Origin: Eledone cirrhosa
Lineage: Eukaryota
NCBI GenBank assembly: GCA_964016885.1
Contig: OZ024760.1
Span: 12,214,001-12,278,000 of the forward strand
Direction of reading: 5' to 3'
DNA: 64,000 nucleotides
The notes beneath the pieces are model-generated. The model was not told the DNA's origin and did not search any database. It was given only the letters and a program-made list of their open reading frames with translations. This document shows positions 25,486-39,590 of this stretch, piece after piece; position 1 is the stretch's first letter; each line of letters opens with the position of its first letter. The position numbers and the translations under genes were made by a program.

Positions 25486-26169
25486 TAGATAGATAGACTG
25501 ACAGATAAACATACAGAGACAGACAGAAAGACAGCTAGGTAGATAGATAGGAAGAAAGAAAGAAAACAAAGAAAAGAAGATAAAAAACCCAACAAGACTG
25601 CCATTATTTTTATGGTTCAAGTTGAATGGTTCAGGAAGTAACTGACTGATCCACAGTTAATCTGTTTCAGTCACAGACATTACACTTTTAATGGGATATA
25701 TTTAATAACAGCTACCTCATCTCACAGTTGAGCGGTTCATCTAATTCTGTCTAACATTGCGCAGTACAAGGCCAGCACTTTAGTCGGAGAGGAAAAGTCG
25801 ATTGCTTTAACACCCAGTATTTAACTGCTACTTTATTTTATCATCCCCCGGGAAGGATGGAAAGCAATGGGGACCCCAACAGGATTTCAACTCACAACGT
25901 AGAAAATGATAAATACTGCAAAACATTTTATCTCATGCTCCACTGATTCTGTCACTTCTGACCTTTATGAGTCCTCATTTTCATGCACATACTCACACAC
26001 ACATACTCACACACACACTCATACACACACACACTCACACACACACACAGAGTGAGACAGAGAGAGTGACATACCTATCTTAGACTCCAAAAATGAAACA
26101 CCTTCAATGCCATTGTCATCACCATTGACAGTACTAGTCTAATAGAGTGTTTATATGTACCTATAGATA

Positions 26170-26497
26170 TGTACCAAGCATAGATGAGTTGAGAGAGAAA
26201 CTGTGTATAAGAGGGATAAGTTGTAGTGTGAGGGAGAGAAGACTGAGATGGTATGGACATGTGATGCACATGGAGGATGACCGCTAGGTGAAGAAGTGCC
26301 AAGAAATGCCAATAGAAGGAAGGCGCAGTAGAGGAAGACCACGAAAAACATGGGCGGAGGTGGTGAGAGCTGAACTCAGATCGCTGAAACTCACGGAGGA
26401 GATGACGAAGGACCGTGACAAGTGGAGAGATGCTGTGCTGAATAGGACCCGTCCCACCCTTGCAAGCAGGGAAAAGTGGACGTAAAATGATGATGAT
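26170..26497 (+). mobile_element. RTE LINE 3' fragment
   Basis: KKCQEMPIEGRRSRGRPRKTW...[10 protein letters not shown] followed by (GAT)n. Confidence 0.85.
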
Positions 26498-26667
26498 GTA
26501 TATATATATGTGAATGTTGGGTCACTCTTAAGTGCTACTGGTAACATATCCATATATACATATGTACATACATACATATAAGTATGTACATATGTATATA
26601 TGGATATATCTATGTATATAAGTATACATGTATGTGAAAACGTGTGTTGAAACCGATATTGTTATAG

Positions 26668-27012
26668 TTTGGGAGGGTCATGTTGCCAATAAGAAACACA
26701 CGCACCAGTTGCTTTCACTTCAATTTATTATAATAAATTTATAAATTTAGGAATTTATAAATTTCCGGTTGGTTGGTTGGTTCCACAACCAGATGGTTGT
26801 TTATATATTGTCAAAGTTCTTTCGTCACACATTCTGTGACCTCTTCACTGAAGAGGTTACAGAATGTGTGACGAAAGAACTTTGACAGTATATAAACAAC
26901 CATCTAGTTGTGGAACCAACCAACCAACCGGAAATTTATAAATTTATTATAATAAATTGAAGTGAAAGCAACTGGTGTGTGTGTTTCTTATTGGCAACAT
27001 GACCCTCCCAAA
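26668..27012. repeat. ~345-bp imperfect palindrome
   Basis: Centre ctcttca-c-tgaagag at 26848; arms reverse-complementary except for a small indel and a few mismatches. Confidence 0.88.
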
Positions 27013-27325
27013 GTATACATGTATGTTTATATGTATGTATGAATATATATATATATAAGTATGTCGGGTCACTCTTGAGTGCTACTGGTAACATGTAACC
27101 CAGTACAACCTGTCGCGTGGTCAGGTCATCTCGTCAGATATGTTTTAACATGTAGATACGAGTCTAGATGTTAAGACACATCTGAGAAGCTTCCGATTCC
27201 AGAGTCAGGTTCGATCATTAATAGATCGTTCCTCGAGCTGATTGACAGTGAAACATATGTAATATGTAATTAAATATATATATGATGCAACACTGAGACA
27301 AAGACTTTACCATGAAAATACAATA

Positions 27326-27411
<86 letters not shown>

Positions 27412-27640
27412 ATGAAAATGTTAAAGGGTTAAAATAAATGTTACAAAAAAAAAAGACCAATTTAAATGTAAATAAATAATCAATAACCTTTTTCATCTCC
27501 CCTACAGAATGCTGTCAGTGATTTTTATGTGGTTTACCAGATAGAGACGATATTCTGCGGAGGACTAACAAATCTGCTGATACAGTAGTAGGTTTTATTT
27601 CATTATAATTCATACTGTCACTCAACTCAACTTGATCAAC

Positions 27641-28393
27641 ATGGGCAAATGTAACTCAAAGAATAACGATCAGAAGTCGTATCTGTTACAGTCTTTGAAC
27701 CAGCACACAGCCGGGATCAATTGTATGGCACTGAGTGAAGACGGCTCAGTGCTAGCTACAGGCAGTGAAGATAAAACAGCACGCCTGTGGAGCACGAAAA
27801 CACGCAAATGTGAATGTATGGGAAGTTTAGTCGGACACTCGGACTATGTCAGTTGTATTCTCATCGAGGAAGCTGACGTGCTGACGGGCAGCGCTGACAA
27901 GACGATTCGAAAATGGGACATTTCAAGTTGCCAGTGTCTTTTGGTCATGGAAGGCCACAAATCGTTAATTTATCGCATTATTTGTACGGGTGACTTTGTC
28001 ATATCGAGTTCTTATGACCGTACAGCGAGATGCTGGGATTTCAATGAAGGGGTTACTTTAATGACATTCGAAGGACATAAACGTGGTGTGTTCCCCTTAA
28101 TCTTCGTCCCTTCCGATGAGGAAGAATATGAAGATCCAGAGAATGAAGAGGCTTTAGATATTTTAGTGACTGGTTCAGCTGATGGTGAAGCCAAAGCCTG
28201 GAACTTCGAGACTGGTGAATGCCTGCACACATTCAAAGGCCACACTAATGCCATTACATGCATGGCTATGGATGCTGTTGGAGAGACATTATTTACAGGC
28301 AGTATGGACCAGACTGTACGGAGTTGGAATTTGGTAACAGGAGAGAACTATAAGGTGTTCCAAGGACACCAAGCATCAATCATATGCCTTCAG
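27641..28393 (+). CDS. WDR86: WD repeat protein 86-like, coding exon 1
   Basis: MGKCNSK...HTAGINCMALSEDGSVLATGSEDKTARLW; multiple GH...WD repeats; donor CAG|gtgagt; upstream acceptor near 27507. Confidence 0.9.
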
Positions 28394-28444
28394 GTGAGTC
28401 CCTTTCCTACTTTAATTAGAGCACTATACCCTAACCACTAACCC

Positions 28445-28686
28445 ATGCTCCTACACACGTGAAAGCGCTGAGCCTAATAGTCCTCTTTTTCGCCCAATTA
28501 TACCTGAGCGAGCCCTGTCACAAGCAAGAATCTCCAACTGATCTACCTGGATCTGCAAGCGTGACCAGCCAAACTCATGGATGTTATCGAAACATCTAGC
28601 TCGGGGTCTGCCCGTAGGTCTCCTGCTGGTTGATTTTGCCCATAAAATCAGTCCAACAATTCTTCCTTGAGACATTCTAACCACAT
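28445..28686 (-). mobile_element. RTE-like LINE 3' fragment
   Basis: HVVRMSQGRI...RRPTGRPRARC; related to 46500-46990. Confidence 0.65.
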
Positions 28687-29157
28687 GAAGGTGTTTGTCT
28701 TAAGATCAGAATGTCATTGGTTCAATTCCTGAAGTCTATGCAATACTGTGTTCTTGAGCAAAACACTTCATTTCATGTTGCCACAATATACTCAGTTGAA
28801 TATAAGTACCAGCAGTATCTGGGGGTTTAAACCTGCGATGGACTGGAGTCCTGTAATATCTATTGTTTAATACCAATAAAAGTGCAGTAAACACTGGTCA
28901 TGAGACATGAGACATGAAGCGGTAAAACATGGCCTCAAAAGGACCCGTCCAACCCATACCAACATGGAAAACAACATAAAAAAAAATAAACGATGATGAT
29001 ATCATATTTTCATTGTGTCCGATGTCTATCACTCTCACCCCCCCCTCTCTGTATCATCATCATCATCATCATCATCAGGTTTAGCGTCCGTGTTCCACGC
29101 TTGCATGGGTTTGGACGGGGGTAGTCCCACTTGAGGCAAGAGTGGTTGTCTTGCTCA

Positions 29158-29217
<60 letters not shown>

Positions 29218-29617
29218 TAACATTACAATCCCTAAGCCATATGTATATATATGTATAAGTATACATATATACATATATACATATATATGTATATATATAA
29301 AAGTACATGCATACACATATATATATATACATATACACAAACACACACACATATATATACACACATATATATATATATATGTGTGTGTATATTTAGTCCA
29401 TCTTTCTCACTTCCTCATGTAGTTTATCACTTGTGATTGTCAACTTGCCACAGCTTGTCTTCCCTCTTCACAAACTGACTTTACACATACATATATGTAA
29501 ACATGCACACACATATACACATGTACATGCACACACACACACACACACTCTCAGCACATGACTGGGCAGGTCGTGAGAGTGTACCAGCATCAAATACAAT
29601 CTATAATGATCACAGTT

Positions 29618-29670
<53 letters not shown>

Positions 29671-29779
29671 CATATATCTATATACATATATATCTATATA
29701 TGTATATTTATTAAAATAACAGATTAAAGTTTAAGCAAAGAATCGCTCTTTGGATTTTAGTCTTCAAATTTATTATTAT

Positions 29780-29828
<49 letters not shown>

Positions 29829-29957
29829 AGTGTGTGTATATATACACACACACTCACAGGTCAAGTGAGACACCATGACAATATATAATCGCATCTAAAC
29901 ACACAATTATGTAGGTGTGTGTATATTTATATATAGTATATATATACTGTCTATATG

Positions 29958-29993
<36 letters not shown>

Positions 29994-29995
29994 CA

Positions 29996-30035
<40 letters not shown>

Positions 30036-30209
30036 TGTATATATATATAATTAATAATAAATAGTAAGGAGGTGTTGCAGTATTGTGATTAAGTTTATTC
30101 AGGTGTGACGTGTGTTTCGTGATTGATCAGCTCAACTATTGATCTCTATTGATTGGGCTCAACTCTGGAATCAATAGCTCATCTATGTATAGATATGTAT
30201 ATATATATA

Positions 30210-30567
30210 TCATCATCATTTTACATCCGCGGGAACTGATTCTGGCTTGATCTCTACAGCTGGATGCCCTTCCTAACACCAACCTCATTTACAGTGAGTG
30301 CTGGCTGCTTTTTTTCCGTGGCGCCTACACGTCCACTTTACAGTTTGGGCTGGGTGCTTTTTTGCCGTGGCACCTCCACGACCACTTTACAGTGTGGGCT
30401 GGGTGCCTTTTTGCCGTGGCACCTCCACGACCATTTTGCAGTGGAATGGAGCAATGTGAAATAAAGTGCCTTGCTCAAGGAAACAACACATCACCCAGTC
30501 TGACAATTGAACTCACAACCTTTCGATTGCAAGCCCAATGCTCTATCCACTAAGCCATGTGCCTCCA
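30210..30567 (-). mobile_element. SINE family B copy with an internal tandem expansion
   Basis: Same head and tail as other family B copies; repeated gtggcacctccacgaccactttacag units. Confidence 0.8.
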
Positions 30568-30991
30568 TTATATAATGGGTGGCCAGTTACAGCCAGTTTC
30601 AACAGCAAGAGGTGAGAGCTGGCCAGATATGTCTGGTTTAAAAGCTCAAGAGTTGAGTTAAGCACTTTTAATTTAAAATCGGACATTTCATACAATTGCG
30701 ATACTTAATGCTTGATTATACTTGCTACAGTTGATAACAACAATACTTAGATTTTGTTGACCTAGAGAAGGCTTTTCATGACAAGTGGAGAGATGCTGTG
30801 CTGAATAGGACCCGTCCTACCCTTGGGAAAAGTGGACGTAAAATGATGATGATGTATATATATGTATGTATATGAAATATCTATGATCGTCGGCAAATCA
30901 CTGATGAGGGACTCATTTTATTACATGTTATCCATGTGCAACCTGCAGTATTCTTCTCCCCATTTTTTCATATATATATATATATATATAT

Positions 30992-31022
<31 letters not shown>

Positions 31023-31023
<1 letters not shown>

Positions 31024-31898
31024 TTTACGTCCGCTTTTCCCTGCTTGCAAGGGTGGGACGGGTCTTATTCAGCACAGCATCTCTCCACTCGTCACGGTCC
31101 CTCGTCATCTCCACCGTGAGCTTCAATGATCTGAGGTCTGTTCTCACCACCTCCGCCCATGTTTTTCGTGGTCTACCTCTACTACGTCTTCCTTCAACTG
31201 GCATTTCCTGGCACTTCTTCACCCATCGGTCATCCTCCATGCGCATCACATGTCCATACCACCTCAGTCTCCTCTCCCGTACACTACATTCTATCCCTCT
31301 CAGACACAGTTTCTCTCTCAACACATTTATGCTGGGTCGTTCACGCACATTTACACTGCACATCCAACGGAGCATGCTTGCCTCATTTCTCTCCAGCCGT
31401 CGCATATCTTCTGCGGTAGCTGCCCATGTCTCACTACCATGCAGCATCGCGCTCCTCACACAGGCATCATACAACCGGCCTTTCGTACGCAGGGAGAAAC
31501 CCTTCTTCGTCAACAGAGGAAGCAGCTCCCTAAACTTCTTCCAACCCGTCCTTATTCTAGATACTATGGCCTCGGAACACCCTCCTCCCATGCTAATCTG
31601 ATCTCCTAGGTACCGGAAGCTATCCACCACTTCTATAGCGCCCTCTCGCATTTGAAAAATGTGTCTATCAGTGCGACTTCTACTGTCTAATTTCCCTGTA
31701 CATCTACTGCATACATATTTCTCCCTACCTGTTAGTTTGCCTGCTATCCCGCTACATCTCTTGTGTACCCAGGACCTACATTGTGTGCATTTTATAGAAT
31801 TTATGCCAGTTCCTTTTCTGCATATCGAACATGGCCATTTCCCTGACGGAATCAGGGTTTTGTCCTCTTTTCTACTCATCAACACTTTTGTCTTAGCT
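31023..31898 (-). mobile_element. 5'-truncated RTE LINE (Cys-rich/PHD-like finger plus RT C-terminus), frame intact
   Basis: CSICRKG..C..CRSWVHKRC...FRYLGD...MLHGSETW...RLRWYGHVMR; (GAT)n tail. Confidence 0.9.
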
Positions 31899-31909
31899 GT
31901 ATATGTATT

Positions 31910-31967
<58 letters not shown>

Positions 31968-31968
<1 letters not shown>

Positions 31969-32313
31969 CATTTCATTTTTCATTTCATTTTACGTCCGCA
32001 TTTTCCCTGCTTGCAAGGGTGGGACGGGAACTGATTCTGGCTTGATTTCTACAGCTGGATGCCCTTCCTAACACCAACCTCATTTACAGTGAGTGCTGGG
32101 TGCTTTTTTGCCGTGGCACCTCCACGACCACTTTGCAGTGGAATCATATGGACCTCAGTCCCTATCATCTCATTTCTACAGCTGAGTAAACTGGAGCAAT
32201 GTGAAATAAAGTGTCTTGCTCAAGGAAACAACACATCGCACAGTCTGAGAATTGAACTCACAACCTTTCGATTGCAAGGCCAATGCTCTAACCACTAAGC
32301 CATGTGCCTCCAT
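31968..32313 (-). mobile_element. SINE family B, full length
   Basis: tRNA-like boxes, ccttgagcaagacactt core, RTE-identical tail. Confidence 0.9.
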
Positions 32314-32334
32314 TATATATATATATATATGCCT

Positions 32335-32423
<89 letters not shown>

Positions 32424-32473
32424 AACACACATATATATATAAATATATATATATATACACACATTTATACACC

Positions 32474-32504
<31 letters not shown>

Positions 32505-32665
32505 TATATATACATGTATGTGTCAGTTCATACAAGTGGATATATACATTATAAATATATATAAACACAGATAACCTAAACTCTTAAGAAATATATTACA
32601 TAACTACCACAATATATGCTGATTGCTATTTTTTCATTTATTTGTACCCTCACCCTTGTGTGTCA

Positions 32666-32707
<42 letters not shown>

Positions 32708-32832
32708 CCACACAAGGGTGTGGGAACAAATAAATACACACACACACTCACACATTTGTCCTTAAAAGTGAGTAAATAAATTAATAAATATATATATGTA
32801 CAGCGAGTGTTATTAGTTGCATCCTAAGATGA

Positions 32833-33475
<643 letters not shown>

Positions 33476-33698
33476 ATCATCATCATCATCATTTTACGTC
33501 CGCTTTTCCCTGCTTGCAAGGGTGGGACAGGAACATATATATATATATATATATATATGTTCCTGTCCCACCCTTGCAAGCAGGGAAAAGCGGACGTAAA
33601 ATGATGATGATGGTGATGATATATATATATATCTGTATGTGTTTGTATATATATATATGGTGTGTTAATTTTCTATTTATCTATATTTCATTTAATAG

Positions 33699-33834
33699 AT
33701 CTCCAACAAGATTTTATATACAGGCAGTTCAGACCACACATCACGTTCGTGGGTATCGGAGTTTGCAGAGTGTACCCGTGTTTATAGGGGACACAAACAC
33801 ACAGTTTGCTGTATGAAGTTTCATGAAGGGCTAC
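33699..33834 (+). CDS. WDR86: WDR86-like coding exon 2 ([45 protein letters not shown]); absent from the ORF track in this frame
   Basis: tttaatag acceptor, C|gtaagt donor; phase 0 in, phase 1 out; continues the WD40 repeat. Confidence 0.9.
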
Positions 33835-34329
33835 GTAAGTAGTTTATTATTTTAGTCAGGGTCTATTGACAGAACCAGTAGAGCGTCGAACACCATGCTT
33901 TGTAGCACATAGCTATGTCTTCTTACACTCTGAGTTCAAATCCCACTTAGGTTAGCATTGTCTTTTATCCTTAAGGGGTTGATAAAATAAAGTACCAGTA
34001 ATGTACTGGGGTTGATTTAATGGACTTTCCCCTTGCCCTTCAAATTGCTGGCCTTGTGCCAAAAGTAAAAACAATTATTATTATTGGGGCAGATGAATTG
34101 GCAGCATTGGTAGAGTGTCGGATATGTTTTGTGGTATAGAGTTATGTTCCTTTACATTCTGAGATCAAATCCCACCGAGGTAAACTTTGCCTTTCATCCT
34201 TACGGGGTTGATACATACACACATATTTATATATACACAAAATATACACAGAGAAATATTTATTACAACTCATAATAATTATATACACAATACATACACA
34301 AAAATATCTATTAAAACTCATTATATATA

Positions 34330-34808
34330 CTAGCAGAAAAACCATCCTTCGGGTGGTTTTCTGCTAGCCTGTGTAGTGTGTATATTGATATTATATGCAA
34401 GTATATACACATGTAGATATGATCAAATAAAATCGTAATTGACAATATACACAGCAATTGAACGAAGACTGTGTTACACTGTCTTATGTAATCAGTAAAG
34501 TAATCCATGATACATTAAAAAAAGACGATATTATATATAAACTGCATTAGGAGAAAATTAGTAACAGAAATATATGAATGTTTATTTAAACGATCGCTCA
34601 CCGGAAGTGTTGACATTTGAAAATTTTAAAGAAGTGAATCTTTAAATAAGTAATAAAATATATTTAATGAACAGCCACAAAATTTAGTAGATAAATTATG
34701 TAATATTCATTCATAATTTAGACGAAGTAATCCAACTTATTTTACTAAGGCCATAAAAACATATAAACCGTACGCAGTCCTGCGCTTCTTACTTTATTAT
34801 AGTTTAGA
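34330..34808 (-). mobile_element. Non-autonomous Helitron
   Basis: A|TCTAAACTATAATAAAG 5' end; 3' hairpin cagaaaaccacccgaaggatggttttctg then CTAG|T. Confidence 0.65.
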
Positions 34809-35754
34809 TATACACAAAAATATTCATTACAACTGGTAATAAATATTTTGTGGGGCAAGGGTTTCTTAAACTTTAGAAATCAAAAGGTAATAAAAATAAC
34901 TGCCCATCTCCTCCTCCTAATAAAAAAAAAACAAGCAGAAAAAAACAAAACAAAACAATACAAAGAAAAAAAAACCCCGCCCAAAAAACAGTATGTAGTT
35001 TTATCACCAAAACCCAATAAAATAAAACTGAGAAAACTTATTGTGAAACCATATCAGTATATTATGTGTCATCAGTTTTGATAGATTTATTTTATTTTTT
35101 TACACAATAATATACAACTCTCTTATTGATTAGAGTTGGGTATTGATGAAAACAATTCAACAGGTAAATTAAACACATTTTGAACAAGGAAAAAAGGAAA
35201 GACGTAGAGAAGAAGAATAAACAAAGGAAGCCAACAAAACCTTGACATAATTTTAAAACTACAAATATACATATAAACAAAATAATAGCTCTAGCTTGAG
35301 GACAGAAGAATATAGCGGGGCTGGTTGGCCTGGACCTGTTCATTTAATGGAACAGGGTAGCAGAGGTGGCTGGCCTGGACCTGTTCATTTAATGGAACAG
35401 GGTGGGCGGGTGGTGATTTTATCTTCAATATATTTCAAAGGTATATCAATTATATTTGATGACTTCTTTATAATTGTTTTTACTTTTGGCACAAGACCAG
35501 CAATTACCCAAGTGTATTACTGGTACTTTATTTTACGACTTGGATGAAAGACAATATAACCATGCTCTACTACCCTAAGTATTGAGTACTCTGGTGGGTT
35601 ATGGTCTCTAACAAGTTTCAAACTGAATCCATCCTGATTTATATATATATAACCAAAGATTAATACGGTTCATTGATTACTCAATGAATATAGTTTTACA
35701 ATAGATTAAAAGCACTCTACAGTGAAGTTTTCTGGAGTTATTAATATTATTCAA

Positions 35755-36060
35755 AATATTTAATAAATGAAGACATTCACATAATCAAAATATGTTATAT
35801 TCTATATATTTCGGAGGTACTGTGCTGTTTTGTCAGTACGTCCTCATCAGATAAAATACATGAATTGATGTATGATATACCTCAACTGTCTTGATGGTTC
35901 AATTCCAGTATTGCCATCAAGACAGTTGAGGTATGTCATACATCAATTCATGTATTTTATCTGATGAGGACGTACTGAAAAAAAACAGCACAGTACCTCC
36001 GAAATATATATAATAAAACATATATTTTGATTATGTGAACGTCTTCATTTATTAATATTT
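35755..36060. repeat. ~305-bp palindrome with mirrored hammerhead motifs
   Basis: Arms reverse-complementary around 35899-35914. Confidence 0.88.
35955..36018 (+). ncRNA. Type I hammerhead ribozyme motif
   Basis: ttttat-CTGATGA-ggacgtactg/cagtacctcc-GAAA-tatata-TA-ataaaa. Confidence 0.75.
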
Positions 36061-36082
36061 TGAATAATATATATATATATAT

Positions 36083-36350
36083 ATCATCATCATCATCATC
36101 ATCATCATCATTTTACGTCCGCTTTTCCCTGCTTGCAAGGGTGGGACGGGTCTTATTCAGCACAGCATCTCTCCACTCGTCACGGTCCCTCGTCATCTCC
36201 ATTGTGAGCTTCAATGATCTGAGGTCTGTTCTCAGCACCTCTGCCCATGTTTTTCGTGGTCTACCTCTACCACGTCTTCCTTCAACTGGCATTTCCTGGC
36301 ACTTCTTCACCCATCGGTCATCCTCCATGCGCATCACATGTCCATACCAC
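36083..36350 (-). mobile_element. RTE LINE 3' fragment, near-identical to 31023-31260
   Basis: MRMEDDRWVKKCQEM...[10 protein letters not shown]. Confidence 0.88.
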
Positions 36351-36669
36351 TATATATATCCACACCGCCCCTTTCAATGTAAAGTTATGTTGGTGCCACA
36401 ACATCCAGGCCGAAACAAAAGAGATCGTGTAGGTGTCACGACAAAAAAAACACACAGTCCACGCTGTAATGTAGGCAACACGGTAAAAACCTCCCAGCCC
36501 CACACTGTAAATGTGGTTGGTGTTAGGAAGGGCATCCAGCCGTAGAAAACCCGCCAGACAGTCCTATGCGAGCAGGACAACCACTCTTGCCTCAAGTGGG
36601 AAAACTCTCGTCCAAACCCATGCAAGCGTGGAACATGGACGTTAAACGATGATGATGATATAAAAAGAA

Positions 36670-36728
<59 letters not shown>

Positions 36729-36759
36729 TAGATAAATGTTTCTTTATTATAGATAGATA

Positions 36760-37310
36760 GATTTCTTTATTAGCCACAAGGGCGCAACAAGAAAGGGGAC
36801 AATACAAAGACATGCCGGGGATTTTACATACAGTCGTGTAAAAAATATAAAAACAAACAATTTCAACAATCGAAATCCCCAATAGGGGGGGAGGCGCCAC
36901 AAATGGGCTGTTTAATACCCCGTCGATAGAACAACCCTCAACTCGAGGAGCGTGTTGTGCAAGTGCTCCTTTCTTCCTTTTGCTCTCTTCCTCAACCTAC
37001 AGGCTTATAAACAGAGAAGGCCCAATCACTCGGGCCATTTTCGCTTCATTCACCCACCTTTCAGTAAATTTATTGGGGTGCAGTGCCTCTCTCTCCACCC
37101 TGATTCTCCTTCTAAAGTGATACTTAAAGAAGGGAATCAATTGTTGTCCGGAGAGAAAGGCATCTATTCTCAGTCCTCTCAACCTCGTCCACCATATAAC
37201 TTCTTTCACCATAGCCACCGTACAGAGGAAAACCGCCTCTCTTTCGTTTTTGAAAGAGTCTGGCGGTTTGATCCTTACTACGGACTCGGCAGTCAACTGT
37301 ATTTGTCCCA
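36760..37310 (-). mobile_element. Tx1/L1-like LINE 3' fragment flanked by (GATA)n
   Basis: VAMVKEVIWWTR...FFKYHFRRRIRVERE...FTERWV; aataaagaaat tail. Confidence 0.6.
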
Positions 37311-37910
37311 GATAGATAGATAGAGAGAGAGAGACACACACATAAATGTCCCCCCACACACCCAGACACACGTATACAGACATACACAGACACAACCCAA
37401 ACGATTTATAACAAAGCAAGAAGTTTAAAGACATCCCATCATCATCACCTCCATCACCTCTACCACTACATCAAGTCTCGCCACACCACCACCACATCAC
37501 ACCTCCACCACCATCCCAACCACATCACACCTCCACCACCACCATACCACCACCACCACCACCACAACAGGTCAAGACATGTAAACTTATCTTCTTCCAT
37601 ACTGTATAGAGAAGTAATGTGATGGTGGTGGTGGTGGTGGTGTGATGTAATGTAGTGGTGGTGGTGGTGTGGAGTGATGTAATGTGGTGGTGGTGGTGGT
37701 GTGGTGTGATGTGGTGGTGGTGGTGGTGGTGGTGTGGTGTGGTGTGGTGTGATGTATTGTAGTGGTGAGGTGAGGTGAGGTGTGGTGTGGTGAGGTGTTG
37801 GTTCAGTAAACATTCATCATGATGTCACCTTTTCTAATTCTTAAATCTCACCTAATGATGGTGCTATTGTTATTGCTTTGCTAATTACTCACTGTATATA
37901 TATATATACA

Positions 37911-37950
<40 letters not shown>

Positions 37951-37969
37951 TGTATATATATATACACTG

Positions 37970-38003
<34 letters not shown>

Positions 38004-38295
38004 GGAACGAGTAGGACCCCGACGGCTGAGCTCGAGCCGTTTCGACGGCTAATTCTGGACTAAATGAAAATTTTTATCCCGGTAAATGAATAGCCGAACT
38101 TCTCAGGGGGTAATTCCATATATGGTAAAAGTGATTGTCACAAGGATTGGTCAAAAGTTTGTTGTTAAGACACATGATTCTATCATGGCATTTTGTGGAA
38201 GGTAGGGGTAGCTGAACTTGCCAGTAGAAGAGGGAGAGGGAGTGGAGGAAACCCATATATATATATATACACAGTATATATATATATATATATAC

Positions 38296-38638
38296 ATGGA
38301 GGCACATGGCTTAGTGGTTAGAGCATTGGCCTTGCAATCGAAAGGTTGTGAGTTCATTTCTCAGACCAGGTGGTGTGTTGTTTCCTTGAGCAAGACACTT
38401 TATTTCACATTGCTCCAGTTTACTCAGCTGTAGAAATGAGATGATAGGGACTGGGGTCCTTATCATTCCACTGTAAAGTGGTCGTGTAGGTGCCACAGCA
38501 AAAAAAGCACCCAGCACTCACTGTAAATGAGGTTGGTGTTAGGAAGGGCATCCAACTGTAGAAATCAAGCCAGAGTCTGTTCCCGTCCCACCCTTGCAAG
38601 CAGGGAAAAGCGGACGTAAAATGAAATGATGATGATGA
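38296..38638 (+). mobile_element. SINE family B, full length
   Basis: Same head, core and tail as the other family B copies. Confidence 0.9.
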
Positions 38639-38798
38639 CATACGTGGTAAAACATTGATGCAATTCAATCTGAGAATTCAACGCGCCAATGTCGTCATCA
38701 AAATATGTATCACAGCCTTATCAGTAAAGGAATTTATCATCTAAATGTTGTATTTCCTTATTATATATATTATATATTATATATATATATAATTTTGT

Positions 38799-38860
38799 AT
38801 TTTATCTGATGAAAGCGCACCAAGATTGCTTGGTCGCCCTTGAAATATATATAATAAAAT
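38799..38860 (+). ncRNA. Type I hammerhead ribozyme motif (family A)
   Basis: attttat-CTGATGA-aagcgcaccaag/cttggtcgccctt-GAAA-tatata-TA-ataaaat; perfect stem I. Confidence 0.75.
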
Positions 38861-39014
38861 AATTATGGTTTTATAAATATAGTTTCCATTTATTAATATA
38901 TTTAATATTTACTCCAGTATCTGTTGAGTGCTCTATATCAGTTATAAACTTTTAAGTTTGTTGGAATCCCAACAAATTAAATATAACTTCTACATATATA
39001 TATATATATATATA

Positions 39015-39088
<74 letters not shown>

Positions 39089-39357
39089 GTTGACAGCAGA
39101 GAGAAAAGAGTACTCAATACCGAAGTAGTTTTAATATTCATTTTATTAACGCTAAAATAGTGGAGTTTCACCTGCTTATCACAGGGTCATCAGACAAGAT
39201 ATATATATATATATATATATATATGAGCCATCGGTTCAATCAAGGGTACCAGTATATGTATGTGTGTATGCAAAAAGTAAACGGAAATAACAAAGCAAAC
39301 GACACAGTACAATAAAGAATTATATTAGTTTAACGCTTGATCTAGTAGGAAAAGAGA

Positions 39358-39390
39358 ACTTATGTTTCGGACACTAGTCCTTCATCAGAA
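39358..39390 (-). ncRNA. Minimal hammerhead-like core (small family; mutated relatives at 8801 and 42427)
   Basis: CTGATGA-a-ggac-tagt-gtcc-GAAAC; stem I poorly supported. Confidence 0.45.
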
Positions 39391-39590
39391 CATAGAATGA
39401 GAAATAAAAGATGAAATAGGAATGGAAACAAACTTTCAATATGTACACACACACACATACACACATACACACACACATACACACACACACACATCATCAT
39501 CACGTTACTGGCAAAACGAAAAGAACCCGGTCGATGATGACGGTGATGATGATGATGATGATAACTTCAACAATTCATTTCCTTTCTCAG

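Noticed and set aside
30895-30920. Additional hammerhead at ctgatgagggac (also ctgatgaatgg at 59335)
   Set aside because: No downstream stem II/GAAA/NUH; a truncated fragment at best
38296-38370. tRNA gene
   Set aside because: A/B boxes are present but it is the head of a multi-copy SINE with no proper acceptor stem
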